Origin: Dipteris shenzhenensis
Taxonomy: Eukaryota
Assembly (NCBI GenBank): GCA_047967505.1
Contig: CM106538.1
DNA length: 64,000 bases
Direction: 5' to 3' (one strand)
Position 1 is the stretch's first letter, and each line of letters begins with the position of its first letter. Shown one piece after another: positions 1-13,336 of this stretch. The notes below the pieces were generated by a model. That model saw only the letters and a list, made by a program, of their open reading frames with translations, was not told the origin of the DNA and ran no database searches. The translations under genes were made by a program, and so were the position numbers.

Positions 1-235
1 AAAGGGTATTCTTGCACAACTTAGAGACAGTCCATTGTCAGTTATATCAAAGATTCCACTACTTCCCACTCCTATGTTAAAATCGACTCTTGACACCCAC
101 ACTTGTAAAGAAGATAGGCAAGGAAGGTACATAGAAATACATACTTACTCTTGGGAAGCTTACCCTTGGCAAAACCTTCCATGGCTACCTAGTTAGTCAA
201 ACTATAAGTTCAAGTCATCCAATGCATTTTTTGTG

Positions 236-481
236 TTCTAGAATACACTAGAGCTCACAATATTGTCAACTTCTATCATTTTCTTCTTGACGATGCCTCT
301 AGAACACATTAGAGCTCACAATATTGCCAACTTTGGTCACTTTGTTCCTGACCATGCCTCTACAACACACTGGAGCTCACAATATTGCCAGCTTGTGTCA
401 CTTTCTTCTTGACTATGCCTCCAGAACACACTAGAGCTCACAATATTGCCATCTTGTGTCACCGTGTTCTAGACCATGCCT
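236..481. repeat. ~61-bp tandem repeat, ~4 copies
   Basis: Core 'agaacacactagagctcacaatattgcca' recurs at ~240, 301, 362, 423. Confidence 0.8.
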
Positions 482-890
482 ATTGGAAAAACAATAGCAG
501 TAGGATGGGAAAGAGTAGTTGTACCCTATATGAGAGGGAAAAACAAGAGGGAAAAAGCACCTATAGGAGGGCAAAGAGTTGCTATAGCAGAAGGAAAAGC
601 ACCTGTAGGAGGGCAAAGAGCACCTGTATTAGAAGGAAAAGTGCATGTAGAATGGAAAGAGCACCTATAGGAGACGGTTGAGCAAGAGGCCATAGAGCAA
701 GAGAGGGGAGATCAAGAGAGGAAAGAGAAGGTAGAGGTAGAGCATGAGGGGATAGAGCAAGAGGAGGCACAGAAATAATGAGAAGACCAAGAGAGAGAAG
801 ACGAGCTCAAGGTTTTGCAACCCAAATTTTGAAAAATGGAGGGAGAGAGCAATTGGACCAAAGAGCAGAGGAGAAGAGAGAGAGGGGGAA

Positions 891-1090
891 GGCCTAGAGT
901 AGGCTAGAGGACAAAAGAAATTCGTCCAAAAGGTCCCACAATGGAGGGAGAGGGTAGTTGGACCAAAGTAGAGGAGCAGAGAAAGGGGGCAGGCCTACAG
1001 TAGGCTAGAGGACAAAAGAAATTCCAAAAGGTCCCACAGGGAGAGGGATGTTGGAACAGAGTAGAGGAGTAGAGAAAGACAGGCCAGACC
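891..1090. repeat. ~101-bp direct duplication in purine-rich sequence
   Basis: 'ggcctagagtaggctagaggacaaaagaaattc...aaaggtcccaca' at 891 and a close variant at 992. Confidence 0.6.
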
Positions 1091-1394
1091 TGCAACACCC
1101 CCAAGGAGAAGAGAAATTCACCCACAAAGGCCCATAAAAACTTAAATGAGATTTGGGGCTGGTGGGTGCACATGGGAGGGTGGTCAAGAATGGGTTAAGG
1201 GAGGGGAGCATGGTTTGGGTGGTCCCCAATGTAAGAGGAATAGACAATAGGGGATCTCTGCATGCTTGCCATCCCTCCACCTCAACATACCATTGCCCCA
1301 CACAAAGGAGCACTCTCATTGGTACACCTCAAATCCCTCTCTAATCCTTAAAATTAGGAAACACTAATTGGAGGCCCTTTTGAGACCCCATTTC

Positions 1395-2150
1395 TATTGA
1401 GATATCGAGCTCCACTCGTGATATGCCAGGGTGACCATTGTGCATTTATGTCACCGACTTGTTAGCTGCAAATGCGGTTGGTACACCACCCATGAATAAT
1501 AGCTGGATGACAGCTATCCTTATCTACTCTAGTTCGTGGCTCAGTTAGTATGCGACCTTAGTTAGCTGAGTTTGGTTTGAGACCCACACATAGGGTTCTT
1601 CTATTTCTTTGTACTAGAGTTCTTTTGGCTTTCACAACTAAGAAGAGGAAAACTCTTTTCAGCCTCCACCTTTGTGTGTATTCCCCCATTGTGTATGTGA
1701 GAAAGCCACAAGTGAGACTCCTTCCCTCTCTTCCATTATCTTCACATGGTATCAGAGCCTGGTTCGTGGTAAGGAGCTCAAGAAAGCAAACCAAGTTTGC
1801 GGTGTCCTGGTAAGAGGACCAGTGTTGCTTTCCTTTTTCGAGTTTTGGAGAAAATCTCTACAGGTAGCACAGCCGGAAGTGCAAGAGTGCACTGTCTCAG
1901 ATTAAGACGCCCTTCGCGGTGTGGCAAAAGGGTAGTATATGCTACGAGTAGTATATTTTCTAATTCGAGGCCATTTCGGGGCCCGTTTTGAAGGCAGAAG
2001 TTCTTCGTAGGCACTCAAAAAAAAGGCCCTATTTTTGTTGTGCGACCACTGCTCTACAGGTCGGTGAAAAGTTGCCATAGAAATTACATCGTATGCCTGT
2101 GCACAGAGATATTGGGAGTTGCAGAATCATCCTTGTTGCCTATTGATGCA
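1395..2150 (+). mobile_element. Truncated Ty1/Copia copy (5' LTR 1395-1746, PBS 1747-1758, partial leader); same family as 5068-10835
   Basis: LTR matches 5068-5418 (TG start mutated to TA) and ends ttcaca, followed by tggtatcagagc; leader homology stops at ~2150. Confidence 0.9.
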
Positions 2151-2309
2151 TGAACTTGGACCCTACCAGTCAAACTTGCTTTCCTTCAAATTGTATCTCT
2201 CTTTTACATTACCTTTTTTTCATTTTTAGTTCAATTGTGCATTCTAATGATTGTATGTGTGCATGCGTTTTGAGAGAGGGTATCTTGTGGTGATAGTAGA
2301 GGGGGAGGG

Positions 2310-2379
2310 GGCGAGGGAGAGAGAGAGAGATGGGGGTTTTGAGGGGTGTTAGGGGAGATAGTAGAGGGGAGATATTTGT

Positions 2380-2436
<57 letters not shown>

Positions 2437-2485
2437 ATGTGTGTGTGTGAGAGAGAGAAAGAGATAGGTAGAGAGTGAGAGAGAC
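2310..2485. repeat. (GA)n/(GT)n microsatellite
   Basis: Long GA run ~2388-2433. Confidence 0.9.
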
Positions 2486-5067
2486 AGATTGATTGGCCCC
2501 TTAACATCTTTCTTTGCTTTCTATGTAGATATCTTTCCCTCTAGCAAAGTTGAAACCTAGCCTTTGGATAATCTCACGGGAATATTTTAAGATTTCCATT
2601 CAAATATCGGGGAATTAATGTTCTCAGGATGGAGTGTTGCCTCCTTGACAAAGTCTAGTATTTTTTTCTATAGTTCATGTTACCAAGTTCCTCGAAGAGA
2701 AGATGCATATGGAAGCCTCCATCCTATTCCTCTCCCTTACTTTAATAGTCTAGAATGGCCTCTTCCTGTTCCATTCTCTATATATGCATTTAGAATGAAG
2801 ATGAGATCAGATATTCAATCATCAATGAAGTTTACTTTTGGTTCAAAATCTATGGGTGTTAGTTGGCTCATGCCCTCCATTACATTTATTTATTTTTCAA
2901 ATCAGTCTTCATTCACAAGACAAAGACCATGTGGGTATGCAAAGGCCTAGAAAATGAATTTCTTGATAATCTTCTATACCCAATGTGGGATGTTAGGGAG
3001 AGTTTGCAGAAGGGAGACCATTTTTGATGTATACTTACTAAAGAAAGTATAGTAATAAGATATCAAGTAGTGCAGAGTATTTGGTACATGAGCTACGCTT
3101 ACAGACATTGGAAAAATAATCATGGCACATGGATACCTATGGATTGTGATGTAGTGGACATCACAGAGGTAGAGGTACATATGCCCAATGGGGATATCCA
3201 ATATCTTGAGGTCATAGATAGTTGGAGCTTGAAGCACATTCGAGAATACATCAATGTCATCTTTAATGATAGTGATTTTTTCTTTACACTAAATGGGAAG
3301 ATAGTGAGGAGGCGGCTTGAAGGAACATCAATGCTTGAGAAATGGAAGCCTCCTTGTAACTTGTCCATTCATACTAGTATTGAATAAATGTAATAGTTTT
3401 TGAAGTGTGATGGCATTTGTACTGGCAATGAGTCTATACTTAATAAAATTAGTAGTTTTTGATGTGTGTTGTAATAGTTTTGAAAATATGATATAGTTTT
3501 TGAAGTGTGTTGTAATAGCACTTGAATAAATGTAAAAGTTTTGAAACTGTGTTGTAATAGTTTTTGTTAAGTGTGATGTCATTTGTACTAACATAAGGCC
3601 CCCTAAATTCCAAAAAAAAAACCATTATTTTGGATGGCGAGGGGAGGCGAGAGTGGAATATGATGGCAAATTATTTAGGCCAATATATTACATTGTCCAA
3701 TATTTTATTACCTAAATTGTAGTCGAACCTTTAAGGTATTTAAAGAGTCTGAAGTCAACTATATAAAGGGCCATTAGGTATGACATAGCCTTTATTGTCC
3801 TCATTTCCAAGCAGCCTGCTCTTGCCATCTTCCACAAACCTCCAACAGCCACACCCTGCGAGGCATACCATTGGATTCAACATACTTAAAGTCTTTTTAA
3901 GAACCAATCTATACTTCTCATCATTACAATCTTAAGTTGACCCCATACTTGCATCCAATTAATTGATTACATTGCATGTAAGCTTGGTGGTGCATGCAAG
4001 CCTGGCTATCATTGTCCATACATTCTTAAATTGATACCACCCTTGCACACTCCCTTACACTCAACCACCTGACTCCCTAGCACACTCTCTTGCAGTTCTC
4101 AACCTTATTCCCTTTGACAAATTTTTGCACTCATCCATCTTAAACTTCTTGCAAGTGCTACTTTTACAAAATTATATGCCCTCTTTCAACCTCTATCCCC
4201 TCTCACAATGGATGCCTCTAGACAAAATGAGTTCCAAAACTTGCCATCCATTCCCTCTCCAAAGGATTCCTAGGCTGTGCCATCCAACCCCTCTACAATG
4301 GATCCCTCTAGCTCGCCATCTAGCCCCACCCCAATGGATTCATCTTGCTTAATATCCATCCCCCAATGGATCCTTTAGCTTGGCATGCAACCCCTCTCAT
4401 CTTAAAATTGTGAGACATAGTCCCATTAAACTTTCTTCACCTTGAAATCGTGAGACATAGTCCCATCTTGCTTTACATGTCTAATATGTGTTCTCTTTCC
4501 AACTTCACCAAGATGACAAAAGAAGTGAACATGAAGGCTGAATATATTTCCTATCATAATTAGATCAAATGTTGCTAGCATGATTGAAAAAGCAATCAAC
4601 ATCACTAGAGGAAATTTGCAAGCTTGTTACATAGAGAAGGCAAGTAGGAAAAAAGAACTTTTAGATTTATTCCCTAAAGATAAGATTAGTAGTGATGGTG
4701 GAGTCAAGGCTTCAATCTTGCTGGCAAATCCTCTGGCTATTTTGAAAGAGACAAGGCATTTCTTTCTGAACATGAGAGGGCTATATGAAGTTCGGGCACA
4801 TTCAAGTAGTAGTAGAGAAACTAAATGAACGTTTTTTATTTTACTCAAGCATGATTTTAAGACCTTTCTAAATAATTTGAAGAATATAAAGGACAAAATC
4901 CTTGAAAATGACATCTAAGACCGCCAAGTTGGGTTGCACATGACCTGAATATAGTCTTTTTCCAATAGGAGAAAGCAACATGATAGTGCAATGGGAGAAT
5001 ATCCTCAGAGAGGACATAAAGGATAAGCAGAGTTGGTATAATCCATGATAGAGGAGGTAGAAGTGAA

Positions 5068-5418
5068 TGTTGAGATATCGAGCTCCACTCGTGATATGCC
5101 AGGGTGACCGTTGTGCATTTATGTCACTGACTTGTTAGCTACAGATGCGGTTGGTACACTGCCCATGAATAATAGCTGGATAACAGCTATCCTTATGTAC
5201 TCTAGTTCATGGCTCAGTTAGTATGCCACCTTAGTTAGCTGAGTTTGGTTTGAGACCCACATATAGGGTTCTTCTATTTCTTTGTACAAGAGTTCTTTTG
5301 GCTTTCACAACTAAGAAGAGGAAAACTGTTTTCAGCCTCCACCTTTGTGTGTGTTCCCCCATTGTGCATTGAGAAAGCCGCAAGTGAGACTCCTTCCATC
5401 TCTCCCACTATCTTCACA
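5068..5418 (+). repeat. Copia-1 5' LTR
   Basis: tgttgagata...tcttcaca, repeated at 10481 and 1395. Confidence 0.95.
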
Positions 5419-5600
5419 TGGTATTAGAGCTTGGTTCATGGCAAGGAGCTCAAGAAAGCAAACCAAGTTTGCGGTGCCCTGGTAAGAGAACCAGTGTTGC
5501 TTTCCTTTTTTGAGTTTGGGAGCAAATCTCTGCAGGTAGCATAGCTAGAAAGTGCAAGAGTGCATTGTCTCAGATTGAGACGCCCTTCATGGTGTGGTGA

Positions 5601-6090
5601 GAGGCCATTTTGAGGGCCTGTTTTGGAGGTAGAATTTCTCCACAAGCACTAAGAAAAAGGCCCTGTTTTTGCTGTGCGACCACTGCTCTGCAGGTCGATG
5701 AAAAGTTGCTGCAAAAATTGCATCGTATGCCTGTGCACAGAGATACTGGGAGTTACAAAATCATCCTTATTGCCTATTGATGCAAAATCGTCACTAGGAA
5801 GTGACTGTGTGGTCAAATACCACTTTCGTCAATTTTGGAGATTTGAGGCCATTTTTGATTCGAGGCCATTTCGGGGCCCAATTTGGAGGCGGAAGTTGTC
5901 CGCAAGCACTGAGAAAAAGGCACTATTTTTGCTATGTGACCACTGCTCTGCAGGTCGGTGAAAAGTTGCTATAGAAATTACATCGTATGCCTATGCGCAG
6001 AGATACTGGGAGTTACAGAATCATCCTTATTGCCTGTTGATGCAAAATCATCACTAGGAAGTGACTGTGTGGTCAAATACCACTTTCACC
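5601..6090 (+). repeat. ~260-bp tandem duplication in Copia-1 leader
   Basis: 'gaggccattt...gaccactgctctgcaggtcg...gtgactgtgtggtcaaataccactttc' occurs twice. Confidence 0.85.
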
Positions 6091-6164
6091 AGTTTTGCAC
6101 ATTTTCCTATGTGAGGAAGAAGCTGTGTTTTTTGTAGTGACAAATTATTTTGCAGTGTTCTATA

Positions 6165-9100
6165 ATGGCATCTGATTCTCTTTCACAGATTATCACTAAA
6201 AAGCTTGACAAGAATAACTTCCAAGCATGGAAGTTTAGAATGACGAATTTCCTTATGGGAAAAGGCTATTGGGAGTCCATTACAGGAAATGAAGAAGAAC
6301 CAATTCTTCCTAATGTTCCCAATCAATAGGAAATGCAGGCATTTAAAGGATGGCATGAGAGAGCCAGAAAAGTTATGTGTACTGGCTGTCTATTAGTATT
6401 TCAGATTCTATGATTGTGCATATTCAGGATGCAAGTACGCCAAAGGAGGCATGGGATACTTTGGCAAAAATATACATCACAAATACGCAAGCCAAGAAAA
6501 TGTAGCTCAAGCAGGAGTTGCACAATATGCAGAGAGAAAATATGAGCATCAATGACTACCACATGAAGGTGAAGAAAATTGCAGATGCACTTGCTTCCAT
6601 TGGGTCACTAGTGGAAGATGATGATCTAGTTTCTGTGACCTTGAATGGTCTAGGAAAGGATTATGCACAGTTCCAGACATCCATTGCTGTCCATGAAAAA
6701 TTTCCTGATTTTGAGGATTTGTTTGCTCTTCTAATTTCTAAAGAGCACAGAAATGGTCGTGCATCTTCTTCATGAGGAACTTCAAAAGAAACTATCTTCT
6801 ACTCAAATGCTGGAAGAGGTAGAGGCAGAGGTAGAGGAGGGCGATTTGGAGGCCGTGGTAGAAATCAAAATATGGAGTAAACTTAAGAAAACTAGTCCTT
6901 TGGAGGAGGACATGGTAACTCTAGAGGCAGGGGGAGCCAAAGAGGTCGTGGTGGATGGCAGAGAGGCCAAAATGCAAACAGCAATGTTGAATGCTACTAT
7001 TGTGGTAAAATGGGTCATATGGCTAAAGACTGCTATAAAAAGCAGAATGACATTATGAATGGAAAATTGCAGCAAGGCAATTATGCATCTTCTAGTAGAC
7101 AGGGTGATTACAGAATGAGCATCTATTTATGGTGCAGCACATGACCAATTCTGTGACAAGTGCAGGAAGAAAGAAATGATGTGTGGTATGTTGACTCAGG
7201 TGCATCAAACCACATGACAGGTCATGCAGAATGGATGCAGGATGTAAGGAAAATGGATAGACTAGGATTTGTGGAGACTGGTGATGATACTACACATCCT
7301 ATTGTGCAAATTGGTAAAATTCCTTTATCTATGTAGCATGGGAAAAAGAAATACCTGTCTGATGTATTTCATGTCCCAAATATCACCAAGAACCTAGTTT
7401 CTGTTGGTCAAATGGTTGAGCAGGGCTTGCACATCAGATTTAATCCTCATGGATGCTTTGTTGAGGATATGAAAAATAACGGTCGCTTGATAGCAAAAGG
7501 AAAGAAGAAGGGCAGGATGTTTACGTTGGATGCGGACATGCTTGAATTGAGTGCAGCAATGTTTGCACATGGGACAGGTGTAGTTGCAGATATTGATATC
7601 TGGCATAAAAGCATTGGTCATGTTAATGTACAGTGACTTAAATCAATGCAGGCCCAAAACATTGTTGTAGGATTGCCTAAATTCAAGGTTGCAGAAATGC
7701 ATAAGGTATGTGAAGTGTGTCAATTTGGAAAACAGGCAAGGAAACCAGTTCCTAGACATGTTCAAGAGAGTAAGAAGCCATTGGAATTAATCCACTCTGA
7801 TGTGTGGACTACTAAAGCTGCATCTATTGGAGGCTGTCATTATTTTTTCACTTTTATTGATGACTACAGCAGAAAAGTTTGGGTGTATTTTATGAAAAAG
7901 AAAAGTGAAGTGTTTGGGCATTTCAAAGCTTTTAAAGCTATGCTTGAAAAAGAAACAGGCCTGCAAATAAAATGCGTAAGGTCAGATGGAGGGGGAGAGT
8001 ACCTCTCAAATGAGTTTGCAAGGTTCCTGCAAGAGCATGGCATAAAGCAGCAATATTCATGCAGTCATACCCCATAGCAAAATGGACTTGTAGAAAGGAA
8101 AAACATGCATATTGGAGAAGTATCTCGGGCCATGCTAAATGAAAAAGACCTACCAGATTATTATTGGGCTCTGAAGCAATTGCTATAGCAGTTTACATAA
8201 TGAACAAGACTCCTATTGTAGCAATACATGGCATGACGCCAGAGGAGATGTATACTGATAGGAAACCAAATATTTCTCATTTGAAAATTTTTGGTTGCAT
8301 TGCCTATGTTCATGTGCCAGATGAGTTGAGGTCCAAGTTGGATCCAAAAGCTAAGAAGTGCATCTTTATCGGTTATTCTCTATAGCAGAAAGGGTATAGA
8401 TGCTATAACCCTTCTACTCGTAAGTTTACAGTGAACAAAGATGTTGTTTTTGATGAGATGAGCAGCTGGTATAAACCAGTAAATGTGATTGATGATATAG
8501 ATGCACAAAATGGTAATGCTGCATAGAATTCATAGTAGCAATCACAAAATATTAGTGGACCTGCAGTGTCCTCTAGCAGTGGTTCACATACTTCGCCATG
8601 GACAAGCAGATTGAGATCAGGAGAATCTCCTCAAAGCAATGCAAATAGTGGTATGCAGTATCACGAAAAGGAAAAGAGAAGGTAGATCAGCCCATGTTTG
8701 ATGTAAATGTAGGTCACTCTTATGTGGATGGTGAATCCAGTGGCTCAGAACAGAGCATTGATAATGAGTTGGGTATTCCTTCTGTTGTTACACCTGGAGA
8801 AAGGAAGACCAAGGATGTTTTAAGAGCACCTGGAAGTGAGCCTACTTTGCGCAAGTCTACCAGAGCTAGGTATCCTGTGGATAGGCTGAAATATGATGGA
8901 TTTATAGCCACTCACTATGCCTATATGGTCAAAGTGATACATGAACTAGAACCCACTTCTTTTGAGCAAGCCATGGGAAAAGAAAAATGGGAGAAAGCCA
9001 TGGATGCCTTGTAATCAAATGCTACATGGGAATTGGTGCCTTTGCATAAAGACAAGAATGCAATTGGCTATAAATGGGTTTATAAGGTGAAGTACAATGC

Positions 9101-10468
9101 AGATGGTTTTGTGAATAGATACAAGGCAAGATTAGTTGTCAAGGGGAATGCATAGACATATGGCATTGATTATGAAGAAACATTCAGTCCGGTTGCAAGG
9201 ATGGCAACCATAAGAGCAGTCATTGCTATGGCTGCATCAAAGGGATGGTCTTTACATCAGATGGATGTAAAGAATGCCTTCTTGCATGGTGATTTGCAAG
9301 AAGAGGTCTTTATGGAGTAGCCACCAGGTTAAGTTCATGTTATTCATCCTGAGTTTGTTTGCAAGTTGAAGAAAGCCTTGTATGGCTTGAAGCAAGCACC
9401 TAGAGCATGGTCTGACAAGATAGGACAATATCTTGTCACTATTGGCTTTCAGATTTCCAAGGTAGATTTCTCACTTTATGTGAGAAAAACAGAGAAAGGT
9501 ATTATGCTGCTTGTCATTTATGTTGATGATTTGATCATCACAGGTGATAGTGATGAAGATATCCTTCATGTGAAAATGCTATTGAAGCAGAAGTTTGAGA
9601 TGAAGGATTTGGGAGAGCTCCGTTATTTCTTGGGCATTGAGGTGATTAGATCACCAAGTGGGATACGGCTCTTGCAGAGGCAGTATGGATTGGACATGCT
9701 ATCCAAATATGGGATGATAGGCTATAAGCCTATTTCAGTTCCTTTGGGGCAGAATGTGAAGTTGAGCGCAGATGCAGGTGAGCTTCTGGAAGACCCTACT
9801 ATGTACAAGTGCATAGTAGGAAGTTTGATTTATATGACTATTACCAGGCCAGATTTGAGCTATGCTGTTGGATTGGTAAGTTAGTTTATGCAGGCTCCAA
9901 GGAAACTGCATTTGGATGCGGCTAGATGCATACTCAGGTATGTGAAGTCCACATTGCAGTATGGACTATTTTATGAGGCTGGGGTTTAGATACAGTTGCA
10001 TGGATACACTGATGCTGATTGGGCTGGTAGTATTTTTGATAGACGATCTACCAGTGGATATGTATTCTCTTTTGGGAGTGCTGTAGTCACTTGGAGCAGC
10101 AAGAAACAGCCTACAGTTGCCTTGTTGAGCACAGAGGCTGAGTATAGTGGTGCAACAATGGCTTCATGTGAGGTAGCTTGGTTGCATAAGCTACTTTATG
10201 ATATGCATCAGTCTACAGATGGGCCAGTTGTCATTTATTGTGACAACATGATCAGTATACACTTGGCAAATAACCCAGTCTATCATGCTAGAACAAAGCA
10301 CATTGAGGTACATTATCACTATGTGCGAGAGAAGGTTTTACTAGGTCTTATTGATCTAGTTTATGTCAGCACAGAGGATTAGGTAGCTGACATATTCATG
10401 AAGGCATTGGGCGTAGAGAAGCTGCGCAAGTTCAGAGACCTGCTTGGTGTGCAGGAATTGTCATTGAG
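6165..10468 (+). pseudogene. Copia-1 gag-pol pseudogene
   Basis: Starts MASDS. Motifs: zinc knuckle CYYCGKMGHMAKDC, protease WYVDSGAS, integrase HSDVW/FIDDYSR/RSDGGGEY, RT LYGLKQAPRAW/YVDDL, RH TDADWAG/CDN/RTKHIEVHYH. Many in-frame stops and frameshifts. Confidence 0.95.
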
Positions 10469-10480
10469 CTCAAGGGGGAG

Positions 10481-10835
10481 TGTTGAGATATCAAGCTCCA
10501 CTCGTGATAAGCCAGAGTGACTCTTGTGCATTTATGTTACTGACTTGTTAGCTGTAGATGCGGTTGGTACACTGCCCATGAATAATAGCTGGATGACAAC
10601 TATCCTTATGTACTCTAGTTCGTGGCTCAGTTAGTATGCCACCTTATTTAGCTGAGTTTGGATTGAGACCCACATATACGGTTCTTCTATTTCTTTGTAC
10701 AACAAGAGTTCTTTTGGTTTTCACAACTAAGAAGAGGAAAACTGCTTTCAGCCTCCACCTTTGTGCGTATTCCCCCATTGTGTATGTGAGAAAGCCACAA
10801 GTGAGACTCCTTCCTTCTCTCCCACTATCTTCACA
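10481..10835 (+). repeat. Copia-1 3' LTR
   Basis: Follows the PPT; more than 15 substitutions and a 3-bp indel relative to the 5' LTR. Confidence 0.95.
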
Positions 10836-11229
10836 ATGAAGACTATGCACAAGCACAAGGGCATGCTAAGGCCACTAACCAAAGCAAGAGAAGCTTTAAA
10901 AATGACCAAGAAGGAAAGGAAGATAATAGAAGAGAAGATCTAGAGACAAGTCAAGTACCTACCTCAATAGCTTGAAGACACCAGAATGAATTAGAAATAA
11001 GAAGAGCCGATCTAGAAAAAATGAAAGAACAATTTGATGCTGAGTATGCAACAAATAAATTTCTTTTCAATTCTCTACAGGTTGCAGAACACATGGAACA
11101 TTGAGAGATGATATTATAGCTTAACTGAGAAGGGAGAATGCACACACTGTGGTAGTGATGCAAGAGCTATAAGAGAGCATTAAAGCCAAGAAGGATGTAG
11201 CTCAAGAAGATAGCAAGAATGGCTTCTTC

Positions 11230-11740
11230 CACATGCTGGTCAAGTGGCTTCTGTTGTACATCCTCCTGATGCCTTGACTCCTCTGTGGGATTGAGATTGA
11301 CCTACTTCAATCGCACTGCCTCCTCGTGCCTCAGCTCGGGCTCTTGCTACTTTGATGTCTCTGCCTCCTCATGCATGGGATTGGGCTCATGCTACTTTGA
11401 TGTCTCTACCTCCTCATGCATGAGCTTAGTCTTTTTTGCTAGCTCTACCTGGAAAGGATCAACTTTTGCTTCTCCTTCCACATCCTTTAAGAATTGTTCC
11501 AGTAAGTCATCAACACCAACACCTTCTAGAATATCTTCTAGATTGCTAGCAACAAGGACATTTTTGTTGGTCTCCTCAACCTCTTGTTCAACTCAGAGAT
11601 CTTCAAGGCCTTTTGAGCCCTCTCCTATGTGGAATGTTTGCTCTGGTACTGGAGAAGGGGAAGAGACCTCCAGCAGTTTCAAAACTGTCTTCACTCTGAA
11701 GCTATTTATATATTCAGAGCCAAAACTATCCTCTTTCATC
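11230..11740 (-). pseudogene. Decayed acidic, repeat-containing exon of unknown origin
   Basis: Acceptor-like tttattgcag precedes MKEDSFGSEY...; ~45-bp repeats encode (M/R)HEEAETSK*xEP; several stops. Confidence 0.35.
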
Positions 11741-13005
11741 TGCAATAAAAAACAAAGTATTTTTTCAATATTCTTTATACCAATGCATTGAATTTGGAAC
11801 TTCTTAAACACAACAAAGGTGCTTACAAATCTTATTAGAGTTCTCCATCCACAAGAGAAAGGATCCTGTTGTTGTAGCGTCTGTTTTATCAAAGTAGAAT
11901 ACTAATATGTATCTTGGACTAAGAAGAGTGTCAAAATAAGAGAGAGATATAGATTAAGTGACAATGATTACTATACCTGCAATGACATTGGTTGAATTGA
12001 ATATAACATCTTTAAATTTAGATCACGGAGGTCTAGTACATCCATTAGTCTTTTCAAGTAGCTACAATGGGAATGAAGGTTGTGCGAATGCATACTATTA
12101 AACTAAATTGGGCAACAAAATGTAAAATTAATACTTCTGCATGTAAAGGCGACATGGCTGATTTTTCAAGAGAAAAGATAGAAAACACGTTTTGTAGCAA
12201 AAACATGTGGAAGACTGACTTACAATTCTAAATCCTGGTGGGTTCCTTTTAAGGATTTGAAGGTATAACATAACTTTTGTCATATGTCTATATGCACCAA
12301 GCTCTTGTTATTGCTACAAGAAAAACAACAAGCATGAGGGGATTAGACCAAGAGGGTGACAATAGAGTTTGAACATACCAAGAGTTTGTCAATAGAGGGT
12401 ATTAAACACCTATTTCATTAATTTTGGACTTTTTCTATTGTTTTTGGACGAAGCCCAAAAATCCTTCCCAAATGAAAAGTTTACTTTGTGAAAATATCCT
12501 TCCCAAATCAAAATTTTACTTTCTAAAAATATTCTTCCCAAATCAAAAGTTCACTTTGTGGCACTATCATATTCACATAAAAATCCTGTTTTTTCAATCT
12601 ATACTTTTGCATCAACATGCAAGAATTTGAAATAATCCTATTTTAGAAATTCTAGCTATACCTAAGTTATTTGTTAATTTAATTATTTTTAATATTTTTC
12701 CTTGATGTGATAAATTTATAAATCCATGAAAGGAGACTTAAATATTTCATGTAAATAACATTGTCACTCGCATGTATGCACAAAATTTTTAAAACTTTTA
12801 ATAAATAGAAAAAAGACATGATGCCATAAGACCCAAGTTTTGTATTGAACCAAAGAATTATAATAGCAATTATAGCTATCATTATATGTTTACATTGAGA
12901 GACGTTGCTCTCTACTGGAGTCTTTGTATCCAAAATGATATAGATTAAACATATGTTTACAATTTAAATTGTTGCTCTTAAAGAGCCTCAATTCGTGCCA
13001 TCCGC

Positions 13006-13212
13006 ATAATTTGACTCCCCATTATCTTATTGCTCAATGTCACGACAGTCCCTTGCCAGGTTCCATCTGCATTAACTCCCACTTGTCTTGCCAAGCCTTG
13101 CCCCTTGGGTGCATTGACTCCCCATTGTCTTATTGCTCAATGTGACAGTCCCTTGCCAAGTGCCATCTGCATTAACTCCCTATTGTCTTGCCAAGCCTTG
13201 ACCCTTGGGTGA
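13006..13212. repeat. ~103-bp tandem duplication just 3' of the transposase
   Basis: 'ttgactccccatt(a/g)tcttattgctcaatgt...gccaagccttg.cccttgggtg' occurs twice. Confidence 0.8.
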
Positions 13213-13336
13213 CATCCAGTGCATATTTTGACTCTCATTTGACATAGGAGGTGATGACTCTGATTATAATTGTCAATTGGCTTCTTGCCTAGTGCCCAAA
13301 TAAAATCCTTCAATGGACTTCAATACAAAGCTTTAA

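Larger units (their letters stand above)
5068..10835 (+). mobile_element. Full-length decayed Ty1/Copia LTR retrotransposon (Copia-1)
   Basis: LTRs TG..CA at 5068-5418 and 10481-10835; PBS tggtattagagc 5419-5430; PPT aagggggag 10472-10480; TSD gtgaa/atgaa (1 mismatch); gag-PR-INT-RT-RH order. Confidence 0.96.

Noticed and set aside
4500-5067. Coiled-coil-like gene interrupted by Copia-1 (continuing at 10836-11220)
   Set aside because: Many stops and no recognisable family; cannot be supported as a gene.
12313-12326. CACTA-like left terminus (gctacaagaaaaa) pairing with 25821-25830
   Set aside because: Neither end has an intact CACTA/TAGTG, and no 3-bp TSD was found; too weak to define element ends.
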